Source: Syntrophorhabdaceae bacterium (GTDB taxonomy: Bacteria; Desulfobacterota; Syntrophorhabdia; Syntrophorhabdales; Syntrophorhabdaceae). Taken from it: DNA of 64,000 nucleotides. Position 1 is the stretch's first letter. Every line of letters begins with the position of its first letter. Below the pieces are notes generated by a model. The model was given only the letters and a program-made list of their open reading frames with translations. It was not told the origin of the DNA and made no database searches. Where the stretch lies: assembly GCA_963666485.2 (NCBI GenBank), contig CAXXUO010000001.1, positions 288,001 to 352,000 of the forward strand, read 5' to 3'. Both the position numbers and the translations under genes were made by a program. Shown in pieces: positions 20,672-30,386 of the stretch.

Positions 20672-21844
20672 GATGCTATTGTAGGCACCCCACAGCTGCC
20701 TTAACAATTCAGCATGTTTTTCCCAGTCCATGTTGTCCACTGACAGTTCCCCGGTCCCGCGTATGCCGTCGACGGCAGATCCTTTTTCGACAGCCGCCTT
20801 GAGGACGGCCATGTCTTTTTCCGGTGTCAGACCTGACAATAACTGCTCTGCGATATCGGGGCGCAGTACGGCGAGCGCAAACAAAAATGCAGGGCCTCCC
20901 CAGTTTGAAACACCGCACACCTGGAGATAATCCGCTGACGTCTTGCTGGCGATAATTCCTCCTTTGCCGTTGGTTATCGATCTCCTGATCAATTCGCGAT
21001 CAATGATCCCCATGCCTATCTCGTTGCCGCCATCGCCGACAGCCAGCTTTTTCCAGCTTCCGGCTTCGTATAAGAGGTGAAGCGGTGCCGCGTATGCTTC
21101 AACGTCGATGCCGCCCATAGTGTGCGGACGGCCGTCGGAATGGGCCGGCCCAACCCGTTCAAGCGCGATCACGTGCGTCACTTTCTCCGACTTCCACCGC
21201 CCGGCCATACGGGTGATCGTGTCCCTGGAGGATGCAGTGTTCTTTGCGAGCAGATCGGGCGATGGCCCTGACGGGCCCGGCATCTCCCACATGACCACCT
21301 CCACGGGAACGGTCAGACCGCTGCCCCTCACAGCTTCTTCCAGTGCGGCCCTCACCGCGCCCTCATTCGGGCTGTCGGTGACAACGCGCACAGGGATGCC
21401 CGCACGGGCAAGGCCCGAGGCTAAATGCGCGGTGCCGACGGGACCGTCGGTTTCAGATGCATTTCCCCGGGTTTCGACAGTTCCATCAGGCCTTGTCACA
21501 ACCTTTTCGATTATCCAAAACCCCGTTATAATCGCAACGGAAGGTCGCGGTGTGTCGGCGAGCGAACGCGCGGCGTCAAGGAGGCTTCCTTTGACTTTGT
21601 CTGCGAGAGGGCCGATCCCCCGGGGCGGGGTCGCCAGGTCCTGCGCGCATGTCCGCTCCAGGGCGCTTATCTTGTGCAGCGCAACTGATGAGACGGTTTC
21701 TTTGGCTCCTTGTTGCGCTGAATCTTTCGCAAATGAAATGTTCTTAGGGCTCTGAAAGCCGTATGCCTCGATGCATGGGGCGAAACTTATGTAAATTATG
21801 ACGAGGGAGACGAGAATTGCCGCTGCCTGTTTCGCATGCTTCAT
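20651..21844 (-). CDS. D-glutamate cyclase-like (DUF4392) protein with signal peptide
   Basis: ITGF, ETDGPVG, IALERVG, GDGGNEIGMG, VSNWGG. Confidence 0.85.
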   Translation of the reverse strand: MKHAKQAAAILVSLVIIYISFAPCIEAYGFQSPKNISFAKDSAQQGAKETVSSVALHKISALERTCAQDLATPPRGIGPLADKVKGSLLDAARSLADTPRPSVAIITGFWIIEKVVTRPDGTVETRGNASETDGPVGTAHLASGLARAGIPVRVVTDSPNEGAVRAALEEAVRGSGLTVPVEVVMWEMPGPSGPSPDLLAKNTASSRDTITRMAGRWKSEKVTHVIALERVGPAHSDGRPHTMGGIDVEAYAAPLHLLYEAGSWKKLAVGDGGNEIGMGIIDRELIRRSITNGKGGIIASKTSADYLQVCGVSNWGGPAFLFALAVLRPDIAEQLLSGLTPEKDMAVLKAAVEKGSAVDGIRGTGELSVDNMDWEKHAELLRQLWGAYNSIGGQVVH

Positions 21845-22111
21845 GGTGAGTTTCCTTTCTCTGTATAACGAACGGGGATCAGGTCCTGCGATGTAGCATC
21901 TTCACGGTGTAAAGCGTATTATTTTCCGCCTGGCGAGTCAATTCGAGATATGTGACGGCGAACGATAATCGTCGATAATTGACTCACTTCAGATGCCTGC
22001 GCGGGACTTGGCCCCAATACTTCTTGAGAAATTGTTTTTCTTTTGTTAGCATTTTTCATCGGGGAAAAGTAGTTCCCGATACGTTCCCTAATACTGTTTA
22101 GGAGAGAGAAA

Positions 22112-23635
22112 ATGACATCAAGAAACGGAGCGAACATGGTCCATCAAACAGGCGCAATAAAGGTATTCACAACCAGGGAAGACCTGTTAAATCATGGCTT
22201 ACAGGGGGCTACCGCCAGTAAGGGCGTGCTCCATATAGACAATGTGGATGCTTTTAAGGGCTCACTGCCGACACTGGCGGCCAATGCGGCGGATTTTGGC
22301 GACAGGGGCGCCCCTGCGGACGTGCAGGCCCTGGCCAGGTGGATAATAGGCGAAGGGGCACAACAGCTCAATGTAAAGCTGGCCTCACCGCAGGAAGCGT
22401 ATGTCGCAATAGCTGAAGGCCGGATAAGCAGGGAAATGTCTTTTGCGGCGATCAACATACGTGTAGCCACGTTAGACACTGCACGGGCGCTCTTCAAGGC
22501 TGCCAACGATAACAAGGTCGGGGCGTTCATCGCCGAGATCGCCCGTTCCGAGATGGGCTACACCAATCAAAGCCCGGCGGAATATGCCGCCATCCTTCAG
22601 GCTGCAGCAATGCTGGAAGGGTTCGAGGGGCCGCTTTTCCTGCAGGGCGATCATATACAGTTAAAATCGGGCCCGGTGAGGGAAGGCGGACCTGCGGCCG
22701 CAAAGGAAATAGGTGCCCACAGAAAGCTTATTCACGATCTGCTGGCAGCAGGTTTCGGGTCAATTGACCTCGATATGTCCCCTTTCGAGCGAAGGACCGA
22801 AGAAAACCTGTCCTTTGAAGAACAGCAGGCAGAAAATGCCCGGTTAACTGCCGAGAAAATTGCAGATGTACGGGCACTGGAAAAAGAGCTCGGAATTCCC
22901 TGGACGGTCTTGCTTGGCGGAGAAACCGGCGAGGTCGGGAAGATGAACACCCGGAAGGAAGACCTCGAGGCTTACGCCGAAGGTATTATCGCAAACATGA
23001 AACGGTTGGGAGTTGACCCTGCGCTCGGTATTCGTAAGATAGCGGTAAATGACGGTACGGCCCATGGGGGCACCCCTCTTCCCGATGGATCGGTGGCCGA
23101 TGTCGCTATAGCTTTTGACATTTTGAAGATGGCGACAGACCTTGGTAAAAAGTACGGATGGGCCGGTTCGGTCCAGCATGGGGCATCGACATTACCGAAT
23201 AACGCTTTCAGCCTGTTTCCTAAAAACAAAGCCGTGGAAGTACACCTCGCGACCGGTTTTCAAAATATTACCTTTGATCACGGGATTTACAGGGTCAAGG
23301 GGGCGCAGAGCGACATAGAACAATTTCTGGCCGACAAGTTCAGGGGGGACTGGAAAGCCGGCAAGACCTTCGCACAGTTTGCATACAGCACGCGTAAACA
23401 GGCTGTAGGCCCCTTCAAGTGGCTGGCGTGGACCATGCCGGAAGATGTCCGGGCAAAAGTTGCAGAGGACCTGTATGACCAGTTTTCTTTTCTGTTTGAA
23501 CAGCTTGGAGTGGTCGATACAAAAGATCTGGTTGCAAAATATACGACGCTCCATGACTTTCATCAGCCATATCCGGAAACAGGGAGTTCTCCTGCTGCAC
23601 GTGATAAAGAAGATACCGGCGATCTGTCAGATTGA
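22112..23635 (+). CDS. class II fructose-bisphosphate aldolase family protein
   Basis: EIARSEMGYT, FLQGDH, GGETGEVG, GTAHGG, VQHGASTLP, EVHLATGFQN. Confidence 0.88.
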   Translation: MTSRNGANMVHQTGAIKVFTTREDLLNHGLQGATASKGVLHIDNVDAFKGSLPTLAANAADFGDRGAPADVQALARWIIGEGAQQLNVKLASPQEAYVAIAEGRISREMSFAAINIRVATLDTARALFKAANDNKVGAFIAEIARSEMGYTNQSPAEYAAILQAAAMLEGFEGPLFLQGDHIQLKSGPVREGGPAAAKEIGAHRKLIHDLLAAGFGSIDLDMSPFERRTEENLSFEEQQAENARLTAEKIADVRALEKELGIPWTVLLGGETGEVGKMNTRKEDLEAYAEGIIANMKRLGVDPALGIRKIAVNDGTAHGGTPLPDGSVADVAIAFDILKMATDLGKKYGWAGSVQHGASTLPNNAFSLFPKNKAVEVHLATGFQNITFDHGIYRVKGAQSDIEQFLADKFRGDWKAGKTFAQFAYSTRKQAVGPFKWLAWTMPEDVRAKVAEDLYDQFSFLFEQLGVVDTKDLVAKYTTLHDFHQPYPETGSSPAARDKEDTGDLSD

Positions 23636-23661
23636 TCGTCTGACTGCCATGAGGTTGCGGC

Positions 23662-23988
23662 ATGATGTCAGGCGACGATGATGTTCCCCCGAACATGACG
23701 GTCCATCGAATCGGATGCGCCTGTTCCCGTCTGCCGACGAAATATAAGAACGGCTTCCCGACAGAATGGGATTGCACACAGGCCAGGGCACTGCTCATCG
23801 CCGAGCTGGAGGCCGGGAACATGAGGCGGCTTGAGGACCCCGACCCTGATACGCCATTTTTTCACGAATACTTCGAATGCAAACACTGCCGGACGACCTG
23901 GAAACTGAGCCACCCCGACCAGGCGTATCGAGGGGGATTGCACATACTGAAAGATAAGGTGTCAGGCTGGAAGATGGGACGTCCATAA
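23662..23988 (+). CDS. hypothetical Cys-containing protein
   Basis: CAC and CKHC motifs, WKLSHPDQAYRG. Confidence 0.55.
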   Translation: MMSGDDDVPPNMTVHRIGCACSRLPTKYKNGFPTEWDCTQARALLIAELEAGNMRRLEDPDPDTPFFHEYFECKHCRTTWKLSHPDQAYRGGLHILKDKVSGWKMGRP

Positions 23989-24009
23989 AGTTTTAATTCA
24001 TTGGTCCAT

Positions 24010-24093
24010 GGGACCGGGTCCTGTATTCCAACATCTTCATGGCCGATTTATGGCCTCTCACACGCAAAACGCGTCAATGCAAGACCCGGCCCC
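24010..24093. repeat. MITE/REPIN-like element (same family as 20586-20671)
   Basis: GGGACCGGGTCCTGTATT...AATGCAAGACCCGGCCCC; shared core GCCT(A/C)TCACACGCAAAA. Confidence 0.7.
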
Positions 24094-24165
24094 GATGGCT
24101 CCCTGCTCATCTATTTTACTATCGCTGCGTCTGGAATGGTCCAGACTGCATCTTCATCCCGGGTC

Positions 24166-24405
24166 TTACTTCTTGGGAGGTGGGGGCGGCTCCTTGATTT
24201 TCAGGCTTTTCGCCGCCGGGGGCTTGTAGTCGCTGACCGGCTGCCCGACAGGGCTTGGCTTGGTGGTCGTCGATACCTGGGGCGGGTCAGCCTGACGGAT
24301 GTTGTCCGTGGTTGCTTTCGCCTTCCCGAGATCGGCCGCGTGAGCGCAAATGCAGAGTGAACCGACGAGGAAAAGGGCGACGACGAAGAACGCTGCGTAT
24401 TTCAT
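24166..24405 (-). CDS. small exported Pro-rich protein
   Basis: GGAGG RBS before MKYAAFFVVALF signal peptide. Confidence 0.6.
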   Translation of the reverse strand: MKYAAFFVVALFLVGSLCICAHAADLGKAKATTDNIRQADPPQVSTTTKPSPVGQPVSDYKPPAAKSLKIKEPPPPPKK

Positions 24406-24593
24406 GGAAACCTCCTTCTGGAATAAACTTGTGAAAACCCAATTCTGTTTTCCCATTTGCAGCCAACAAGTGTCAAGAGAAATGAGTCGTTCGAACATTC
24501 CGGGGCCACGAGAAAGGGTTGGCGGGCCTGACAGCGAAATATTCCCACGTAAAAATCCCATTTGAATTGATATTGACATCTTCAAGGACGTCC

Positions 24594-25427
24594 CTAGCAG
24601 CACCATGTGCCGTTCTTTTCCCCAACGACGGTGTAAGCGGTAAGCACTGCCAGGAAACTGCCTTTTCGGGTCCTGTCAATAAGCTCCTCTATCCAGCGGC
24701 TGCCCTCAGCCGCGCGGACCACTCCATTCGCGGCGGCCCTTCGGACGGTTTCCCGCAAATTGTAAACCTTATCGGCTGTTTCAAAGTCGGTTAAGCGGAA
24801 AGTGCCGGGATATGCCTTTACATTTGATAAACCGGAAGAAATGAAAAGACCGCGAAGGTCCCGGCCGATGCGGCTGTTCGCGAAGGAACCGGACCAGAAT
24901 TTCTCAAGTGACCGGGTGACCTCGCGGTCCCCGGAGGTTATCGAAAACGTGCCCCAATCGTTATCGTAGGCGAGGAGCAGCCCGCCGGGCTCAAGAACGC
25001 GCACCAGTTCGGATACGGCCGTTTCCGGCCGGGGGACGTGCTGCAGTACCCGGTCGATCCTGCACCGTGAAAAGTAATTGTCCGGAAAAGGCAGGGCCCG
25101 CATATCTCCCACCTGGAACTCGACGGGCAGGGCCGCACAGCCTGTGCCCGACCGGGCCTTGTCTATCATGGCCGAACTCGAGTCGACGGCCATCACCCTC
25201 CCGCCGGGCATTACGCGTTCGGCGATCCTGCGCGCGTCGTCACCGACACCGCAACCGGCCTCAAGGACTTTCATCCCGGGCTCAAGCTGCAGCAGTTCAT
25301 AGCTTTTCAGCTTGTATTCCCTGAAATACGGCAAGGACTCCAGCAAGGTAAGGCAGGCAAAGTACGCATCCCGGTCCGTTGCACCGTCAACGTCTCTAAA
25401 ACCGGTTGAGAGATATTCTTCGATCGT
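24594..25427 (-). CDS. class I SAM-dependent methyltransferase (start at non-canonical ACG or downstream codon 25346)
   Basis: VLEAGCGVGDD, VGDMRALPF, RVLQHV, VRVLEPGG; reading frame open to an ACG with GGGAG RBS. Confidence 0.8.
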   Translation of the reverse strand, partial: TIEEYLSTGFRDVDGATDRDAYFACLTLLESLPYFREYKLKSYELLQLEPGMKVLEAGCGVGDDARRIAERVMPGGRVMAVDSSSAMIDKARSGTGCAALPVEFQVGDMRALPFPDNYFSRCRIDRVLQHVPRPETAVSELVRVLEPGGLLLAYDNDWGTFSITSGDREVTRSLEKFWSGSFANSRIGRDLRGLFISSGLSNVKAYPGTFRLTDFETADKVYNLRETVRRAAANGVVRAAEGSRWIEELIDRTRKGSFLAVLTAYTVVGEKNGTWCC

Positions 25428-25642
25428 TGAAGCTCCCTACAGCACAGGATATGGCGGCGCATGCCGCAGTATGCCAGATCGTATTATATTCCGCCCGGCC
25501 AGTCAATAACGGCCGCCGCGAGTTTTTCTGGATCGAGAATAAAGTCCTGGGGCCGCTCCCTCTGCGATATCTCCAAGCCTTTCCGACTGATTTGGTTCTT
25601 TTGGTGAGATCTTGACCTGAAACCTGGAACACGATTCTTAAT

Positions 25643-25676
25643 TGGAATCGGCATGCGGATTTGAACGGAAAAATAA
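25643..25676 (-). mobile_element. highly degenerate copy of tRNA-Cys 3' end (old att site)
   Basis: TGGAATCGGCATGCGGATTTGAACGGAAAAATAA vs TGGAGGCGGCATCCGGATTTGAACCGGAGAATAA. Confidence 0.6.
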
Positions 25677-25726
25677 AGTACGTCAGCGACCAGATTGGTC
25701 GTTCGACGATCGAGATCACCCTGGGC
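25673..25726 (+). pseudogene. tyrosine integrase relic (C-terminal box II)
   Basis: IKYVSDQIGRSTIEITL vs IKYVSDQLGHSTIKITL of the integrase at 38999. Confidence 0.75.
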
Positions 25727-25891
25727 AACCTGGCAATAACAGGATAAAGGCCAAGCGTCTTCGATACTACTTTGCCATCCAGTAATAACAGGAAAAGAAC
25801 AGGTGCCGCGATAAGGGTACAATTGAGATTGCAGGCCGGGCCGTTGGATTTGGGCAGCCATGTAAATATCCAACCGCCCGGCCGGATAATG

Positions 25892-28405
25892 CTATCGCCT
25901 GTCCGCTGCCTGTTCCATTGCCTCCTGAAGTTTCTTTATGTCCGCCGGCGAGAGTTTCGGCCGGTCCACCTTGATCGTCAGCTTGTTGAGTTTGGCAGTA
26001 AGGGGAAACGGCGGCTTATAGTCTTCGTCATTGACGCCGGTAAGCGTGTCGGAGCCTATATCGAAGCTCTCATCCCACTGAAGGATCATCGGCAGGGTGT
26101 GGGGCATCGTGATCGTCTGGACTGCTTTCCCGTCCACCTTCAGTGTGCCTGTACCGGGGCGGCCAAGCCCGCTCATATTATTGAACGCGAGCGTGCCTGC
26201 TCCCAGGCCATCGTATTTGAAATCGAACTCGAGCACGTGTTTACCCGGTGTGAGTGCCTCGGGCCCTTCCCACTTGATGCGCTTCAGGTCGACAAGGTTC
26301 CAGAGGAATACCGGTTTGCCCTTGAGAAGATAGAAGCCATAGCCCGCAAACCTGCCGCCCGACGTGAGGATCATTCCCTCTGCGCCCCCCTGCGGAACGT
26401 CGATATCGGCCGTGATCGTGTAGGAGCTGTTGAGCAGGGACGGGGAATCGCCCTGCGGCAGCCCGACCATCGGTTTTGTGTAAACGAACTCCGTCCGGCC
26501 TTCAGTGATGTTCGGGCGCGGTGCCACAATGCGGGCTGCCACGGAAGCGTCCATCGGGAAGACCTGGTACTTTTTCGCTTCCTCGATGAACATCTTCTTC
26601 ATTTCCTTGACCTTCTCCGGGTACGTGCCGGCGAGGTCCTGGGACTGACTGAAATCCTTGTTGAGGTTGTAGAGCTGCAGGACCTGGTTGTTGAGCGGGT
26701 CGGGATTGGCAGGTCCAAAGGCCTCCCAGGGCGCCCTGTTGACCTTTGTGCTCAGAAACCAGCCGTCGTGGTACAGGGCCCACTGGCCCATCATTTCAAA
26801 ATACTGGGTCTTGTGTTTCGTCGGCACCTTGCCGCTGCCCGTAGCGAACGTGTAAGCGAAGCTCGTTCCTTCAATAGGCGACTGCTTGATGCCGTCCACG
26901 TATTCCGGTTCCCTGATACCGCATGCCTCGAGTATCGTCGGCACGACATCGATAACGTGCATGAACTGCTCGCGCAATCCGCCCTTCTCCTTGATACGCG
27001 CCGGCCAGGATACAGCCATATTCTGCCGCACCCCGCCAAGCCTCGACGCGTTTTGCTTAAACCAGGTGAATGGCGTGTCAAAGGCCCAGGACCAGCCCGC
27101 CGACATGTGATTGTAGGTCTGCTCGGTGCCCCACACGTCGTAGAACTTCATCTGCACCTCGGCGGGCAGCTGGTTGACCCCGTTGAAGAACGCGACCTCG
27201 TTGGGTGTTCCCATCGGGCCGCCCTCGGCGCTGGTTCCGTTGTCGCCGTTGATGTAAATGATAAGCGTATTGTCGAATTTGCCCATGTCCTCTATGGCCT
27301 TGACGACCCGGCCTATCTCGTGGTCGGTGTACGCAGCATAGGCCGCGAAGATCTCAGCCTGGCGGATGAAAAGCTTCTTCTCGGTGGGCGTTAGCTGGTC
27401 CCATTCCTTGAGGACATCCTTGGGCCACGGTTCCAGTTTTGTATCTGCCGGGATCACCCCGAGGCGCTTCTGGTTTGCGAAGATCCTCTCGCGAAGCCTG
27501 TTCCATCCCTCGTCAAACAGGTGCATCGCCCGAATCTTTTCCACCCATTCCCTGGTCGGGTGGTGGGGGGCATGCGTTGCGCCGGGGGCGTACTTGATAA
27601 AGAACGGCTTGCCGGGCTGTGTCTGGTTGATGCGCGTGAGGTAATCGATGGCGTCGTCGGCCATGGCCGTCGTCAGGTTCCAGCCCGGTTTTCCCTCAAA
27701 GGGGTAGATCTGGGTCGTGTTGCGGTAGAGATTAGGCTGCCACTGGTTGGCGTCGCCGCCCACAAAACCGTAGAAATACTCAAACCCCATACCGACGGGC
27801 CACTGGTCAAAGGGGCCGACCTGGCTCGCCGCGAAGGCCGGGGTGTTGTGGTTCTTTCCGAACCAGGACGTAGCATAGCCGTTTTCGAGCAGGATCCGGC
27901 CGATCGTGGTCTTGTCTTTTGAGATGATGCTGTTGTAGCCCGGGTAGCCCGTTGATTGCTCCGATATAACGCCAAAACCGACCGAATGGTGGTTCCGGCC
28001 CGTGATGAGACCTGCCCGGGTCGGGGACGACAGCGCAGTTGAGTGCATGTTATTGTAGCGAAGCCCGTTATTTGCTATACGGTCCATTGTCGGCGTGGGA
28101 ATGACTCCCCCGAAAGTGCTCGGTACACCGAAACCCGCGTCATCCGTAATGATCAGAAGGATATTTGGCGCACCCTTCGGCGGGGCGGTGCGGGCAGGCC
28201 AATAAGGCTTCGACTCCAGCGCCTTTGTCCCGATCGTGCCCTCGAACTTCTGAGGGCGCGGAGGCAGCTGCTTTCCGTCGATAGAAATGGTCGCACTCGG
28301 CGAACCCGGTGTCCCCGTGATAACCTGGGCTGCAGCCGGCGTCGTCATTGCCGCGGCCACCGTAAGAACAGCGGTCGCTGTCGCGCCTATTGCTTTCCGT
28401 TTCAT
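25892..28405 (-). CDS. arylsulfatase, Ser-type, exported
   Basis: PNILLIITDD, HSTALSSPTRAGLITG, GKNH, GDNG; signal peptide. Confidence 0.92.
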   Translation of the reverse strand: MKRKAIGATATAVLTVAAAMTTPAAAQVITGTPGSPSATISIDGKQLPPRPQKFEGTIGTKALESKPYWPARTAPPKGAPNILLIITDDAGFGVPSTFGGVIPTPTMDRIANNGLRYNNMHSTALSSPTRAGLITGRNHHSVGFGVISEQSTGYPGYNSIISKDKTTIGRILLENGYATSWFGKNHNTPAFAASQVGPFDQWPVGMGFEYFYGFVGGDANQWQPNLYRNTTQIYPFEGKPGWNLTTAMADDAIDYLTRINQTQPGKPFFIKYAPGATHAPHHPTREWVEKIRAMHLFDEGWNRLRERIFANQKRLGVIPADTKLEPWPKDVLKEWDQLTPTEKKLFIRQAEIFAAYAAYTDHEIGRVVKAIEDMGKFDNTLIIYINGDNGTSAEGGPMGTPNEVAFFNGVNQLPAEVQMKFYDVWGTEQTYNHMSAGWSWAFDTPFTWFKQNASRLGGVRQNMAVSWPARIKEKGGLREQFMHVIDVVPTILEACGIREPEYVDGIKQSPIEGTSFAYTFATGSGKVPTKHKTQYFEMMGQWALYHDGWFLSTKVNRAPWEAFGPANPDPLNNQVLQLYNLNKDFSQSQDLAGTYPEKVKEMKKMFIEEAKKYQVFPMDASVAARIVAPRPNITEGRTEFVYTKPMVGLPQGDSPSLLNSSYTITADIDVPQGGAEGMILTSGGRFAGYGFYLLKGKPVFLWNLVDLKRIKWEGPEALTPGKHVLEFDFKYDGLGAGTLAFNNMSGLGRPGTGTLKVDGKAVQTITMPHTLPMILQWDESFDIGSDTLTGVNDEDYKPPFPLTAKLNKLTIKVDRPKLSPADIKKLQEAMEQAADRR

Positions 28406-28655
28406 ACGTCCTCCTTCCAAATAAGAAAAGCCATTCTTGCTTTCATGTCATACCTCGTGTATTCGGATAATGGTATCAACGTACGGTGAAAGATCTTTTT
28501 CCGCCCTCACCCGGTAATAAACCAGAGGTTTGTCGACAACGTCATCTGATTTTGTTAACAGTATGACAAAATTTTGTAAATAGGACTTTGGTCCTACGCA
28601 TCAGGCAAGAAATTACGGCACCGCGGTACGGCTCACCGGCCGATTCGTCCCTTCG

Positions 28656-28718
28656 AAGGCCAATATCAAGGACCTCCGCTTCCACAATGTACGCTGCTGC
28701 TTCGCTTCACATCCGGTC
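28656..28718 (+). pseudogene. tyrosine recombinase relic (HxxR box region), different lineage
   Basis: KANIKDLRFHNVRCCFASH resembles the canonical AGIxDLRFHDLRHxFASxL. Confidence 0.6.
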
Positions 28719-28941
28719 TTTCAACGGGCAATCGCTCTCCAGAGAATACTTAATTAGGGGGTAACGCAGAAATTGGCGTTAAGCTCGGGGGTAGCATTCC
28801 AGCCGGCCATCATGTAGAATTTAAAGATAGTGGCAGGGCAAAGGATTTGAGTATAACGGTCAATCTCGTTTCGCCGGTTTGGAGGAAGATGACAATAGCG
28901 TCGAACAAAAACTCGATGCATTATGCGCCGAGGGAATTGCA

Positions 28942-29526
28942 ATGAAGAATATCGCAATGAGAGTTTCGCTCGTATTCCTTCTCTTGACCCTGGGAGCCTG
29001 CGTTGGGAACGGGTCCTGGGACCGGAAATCCTCTTCGGACCTGGAAGGGTTTTCCCTCAATCATCAGCAGGTCCTCAAACATCTGAGGACTGCCAATGAG
29101 GCCGCCAGGGAAGCGGTGGAATCTGGTCACCCGCCCTTTGGCGCAGTACTTGTGGCGCCGGATGGCGAGACGGTGCTCGTGAAACAGGGAAACGTGAGTT
29201 TGATGGACCATGCCGAAACTGTGATCGCACGGCAGGCGTTTGCCAAGTACGACCCCGACTACTTGTGGAAATGTACCCTTGTGACGACGGTCGAACCATG
29301 CGCCATGTGCGCGGGAAATGTCTATTGGGCCAACATCGGAAACGTGGTCTATGGCGTTGAGGAAATCACAGCGAAGGAACTGACCGGCGCCGACAAGAGA
29401 AACCCCACGATGAACCTGCCGTGCCGCACAGTCTTTACGGCAGGGCAGAAGCCCATCAGGGTGCTGGGCCCCGTTCCGGAACTTGAAGACGAACTGCTCG
29501 CACCCCACAGGGCCTACTGGAAATGA
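28942..29526 (+). CDS. nucleoside/tRNA-type zinc deaminase with lipoprotein-like signal
   Basis: PFGAVLV, HAE, EPCAMC; LGAC after hydrophobic stretch. Confidence 0.85.
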   Translation: MKNIAMRVSLVFLLLTLGACVGNGSWDRKSSSDLEGFSLNHQQVLKHLRTANEAAREAVESGHPPFGAVLVAPDGETVLVKQGNVSLMDHAETVIARQAFAKYDPDYLWKCTLVTTVEPCAMCAGNVYWANIGNVVYGVEEITAKELTGADKRNPTMNLPCRTVFTAGQKPIRVLGPVPELEDELLAPHRAYWK

Positions 29527-29573
29527 AGCAGTCCCATCGCAAACTCCTCAGATACTACGGCTTCCGGAGCAGA

Positions 29574-29700
29574 GGAACGTCGGGAACGTCGGGGACGTTC
29601 CCAAAAAACCAAGTTAAAAGTGCGCGAAAATCGGGGACGTTCCCAAAAAACCAAGTTAAAAGTGCGGGTTTTTGTTTTCTTGGGAACGTCCCCGATTTTC
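29574..29700. repeat. REP/MITE-like composite repeat
   Basis: 36-bp direct repeat at 29589 and 29631; perfect 21-bp inverted repeat GAAAATCGGGGACGTTCCCAA (29626-29646 / 29680-29700). Confidence 0.85.
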
Positions 29701-29749
29701 CTAAGGTCAATTAAGGCAGCGATTGCATTATGATGACGATTCAGAGATA

Positions 29750-30277
29750 ATGGCATTAACGATGAAATGGCCAAGTAAAGAAGAACGGGAAAGTTTTGAA
29801 ATAGATAGATTTATTGATGCGTACGTCAAACTACCTGATGGAATTCGCTTCAAGGTGATTAGCAAGGGAGAACGTCCAGATTATACTGTCGTGGATTCGG
29901 ACACTGGGAATGAATACGGATTGGAATTAACTTCTGTATATAGCAATGACCGCAGCGTACCTGAATCACATATTCCTGGCCATGAAGGTCCAGTTGATAT
30001 ACCTTACAATGAACAAAAATTGGAAGAATATAAGCATAGAATTATTGAAAAAATCAAAGAAAAGGCTCTGAAGGCTCATAAGCATTATGATACTTCCAGA
30101 CCATTAATTCTTGCCCTCTATATCAACGAATATATCTCTATCTACCTCGACAACGCTGACCTAGAAAGCTTCCTGTTTAGCCATGAAGGCTTGCTTGATT
30201 TGATCAGACCTTTTCAAGAAGTAGCATTGTGGAATCTTGTAGACGACCACGTTTTGAGAATTCGACTAGCGAAATAG
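29750..30277 (+). CDS. hypothetical protein, possible PD-(D/E)xK nuclease-like fold
   Basis: ERPDY...YGLELTSVY pattern; AT-rich. Confidence 0.55.
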   Translation: MALTMKWPSKEERESFEIDRFIDAYVKLPDGIRFKVISKGERPDYTVVDSDTGNEYGLELTSVYSNDRSVPESHIPGHEGPVDIPYNEQKLEEYKHRIIEKIKEKALKAHKHYDTSRPLILALYINEYISIYLDNADLESFLFSHEGLLDLIRPFQEVALWNLVDDHVLRIRLAK

Positions 30278-30386
30278 CATTCCCTAAAATTGTCTCGGTT
30301 AGAAAATGGTTAGAACCGGACCATAATTGGCAAGCCAGTGCCTATTCCTTGTTGTCGTAGTATATCGAAATAAATGAGATTTAAAT

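Noticed and set aside
25772..27394. 540-aa plus-strand ORF
   Set aside because: Antisense shadow of the arylsulfatase; no motifs
28817..28860. Possible fifth degenerate att copy (ATTTAAA...GGATTTGA-GTATAACGGT)
   Set aside because: Similarity needs several gaps; cannot separate from chance by eye
29574..29700. Possible CRISPR array
   Set aside because: Only two 36-bp copies with a 6-bp gap, no spacers, no cas genes
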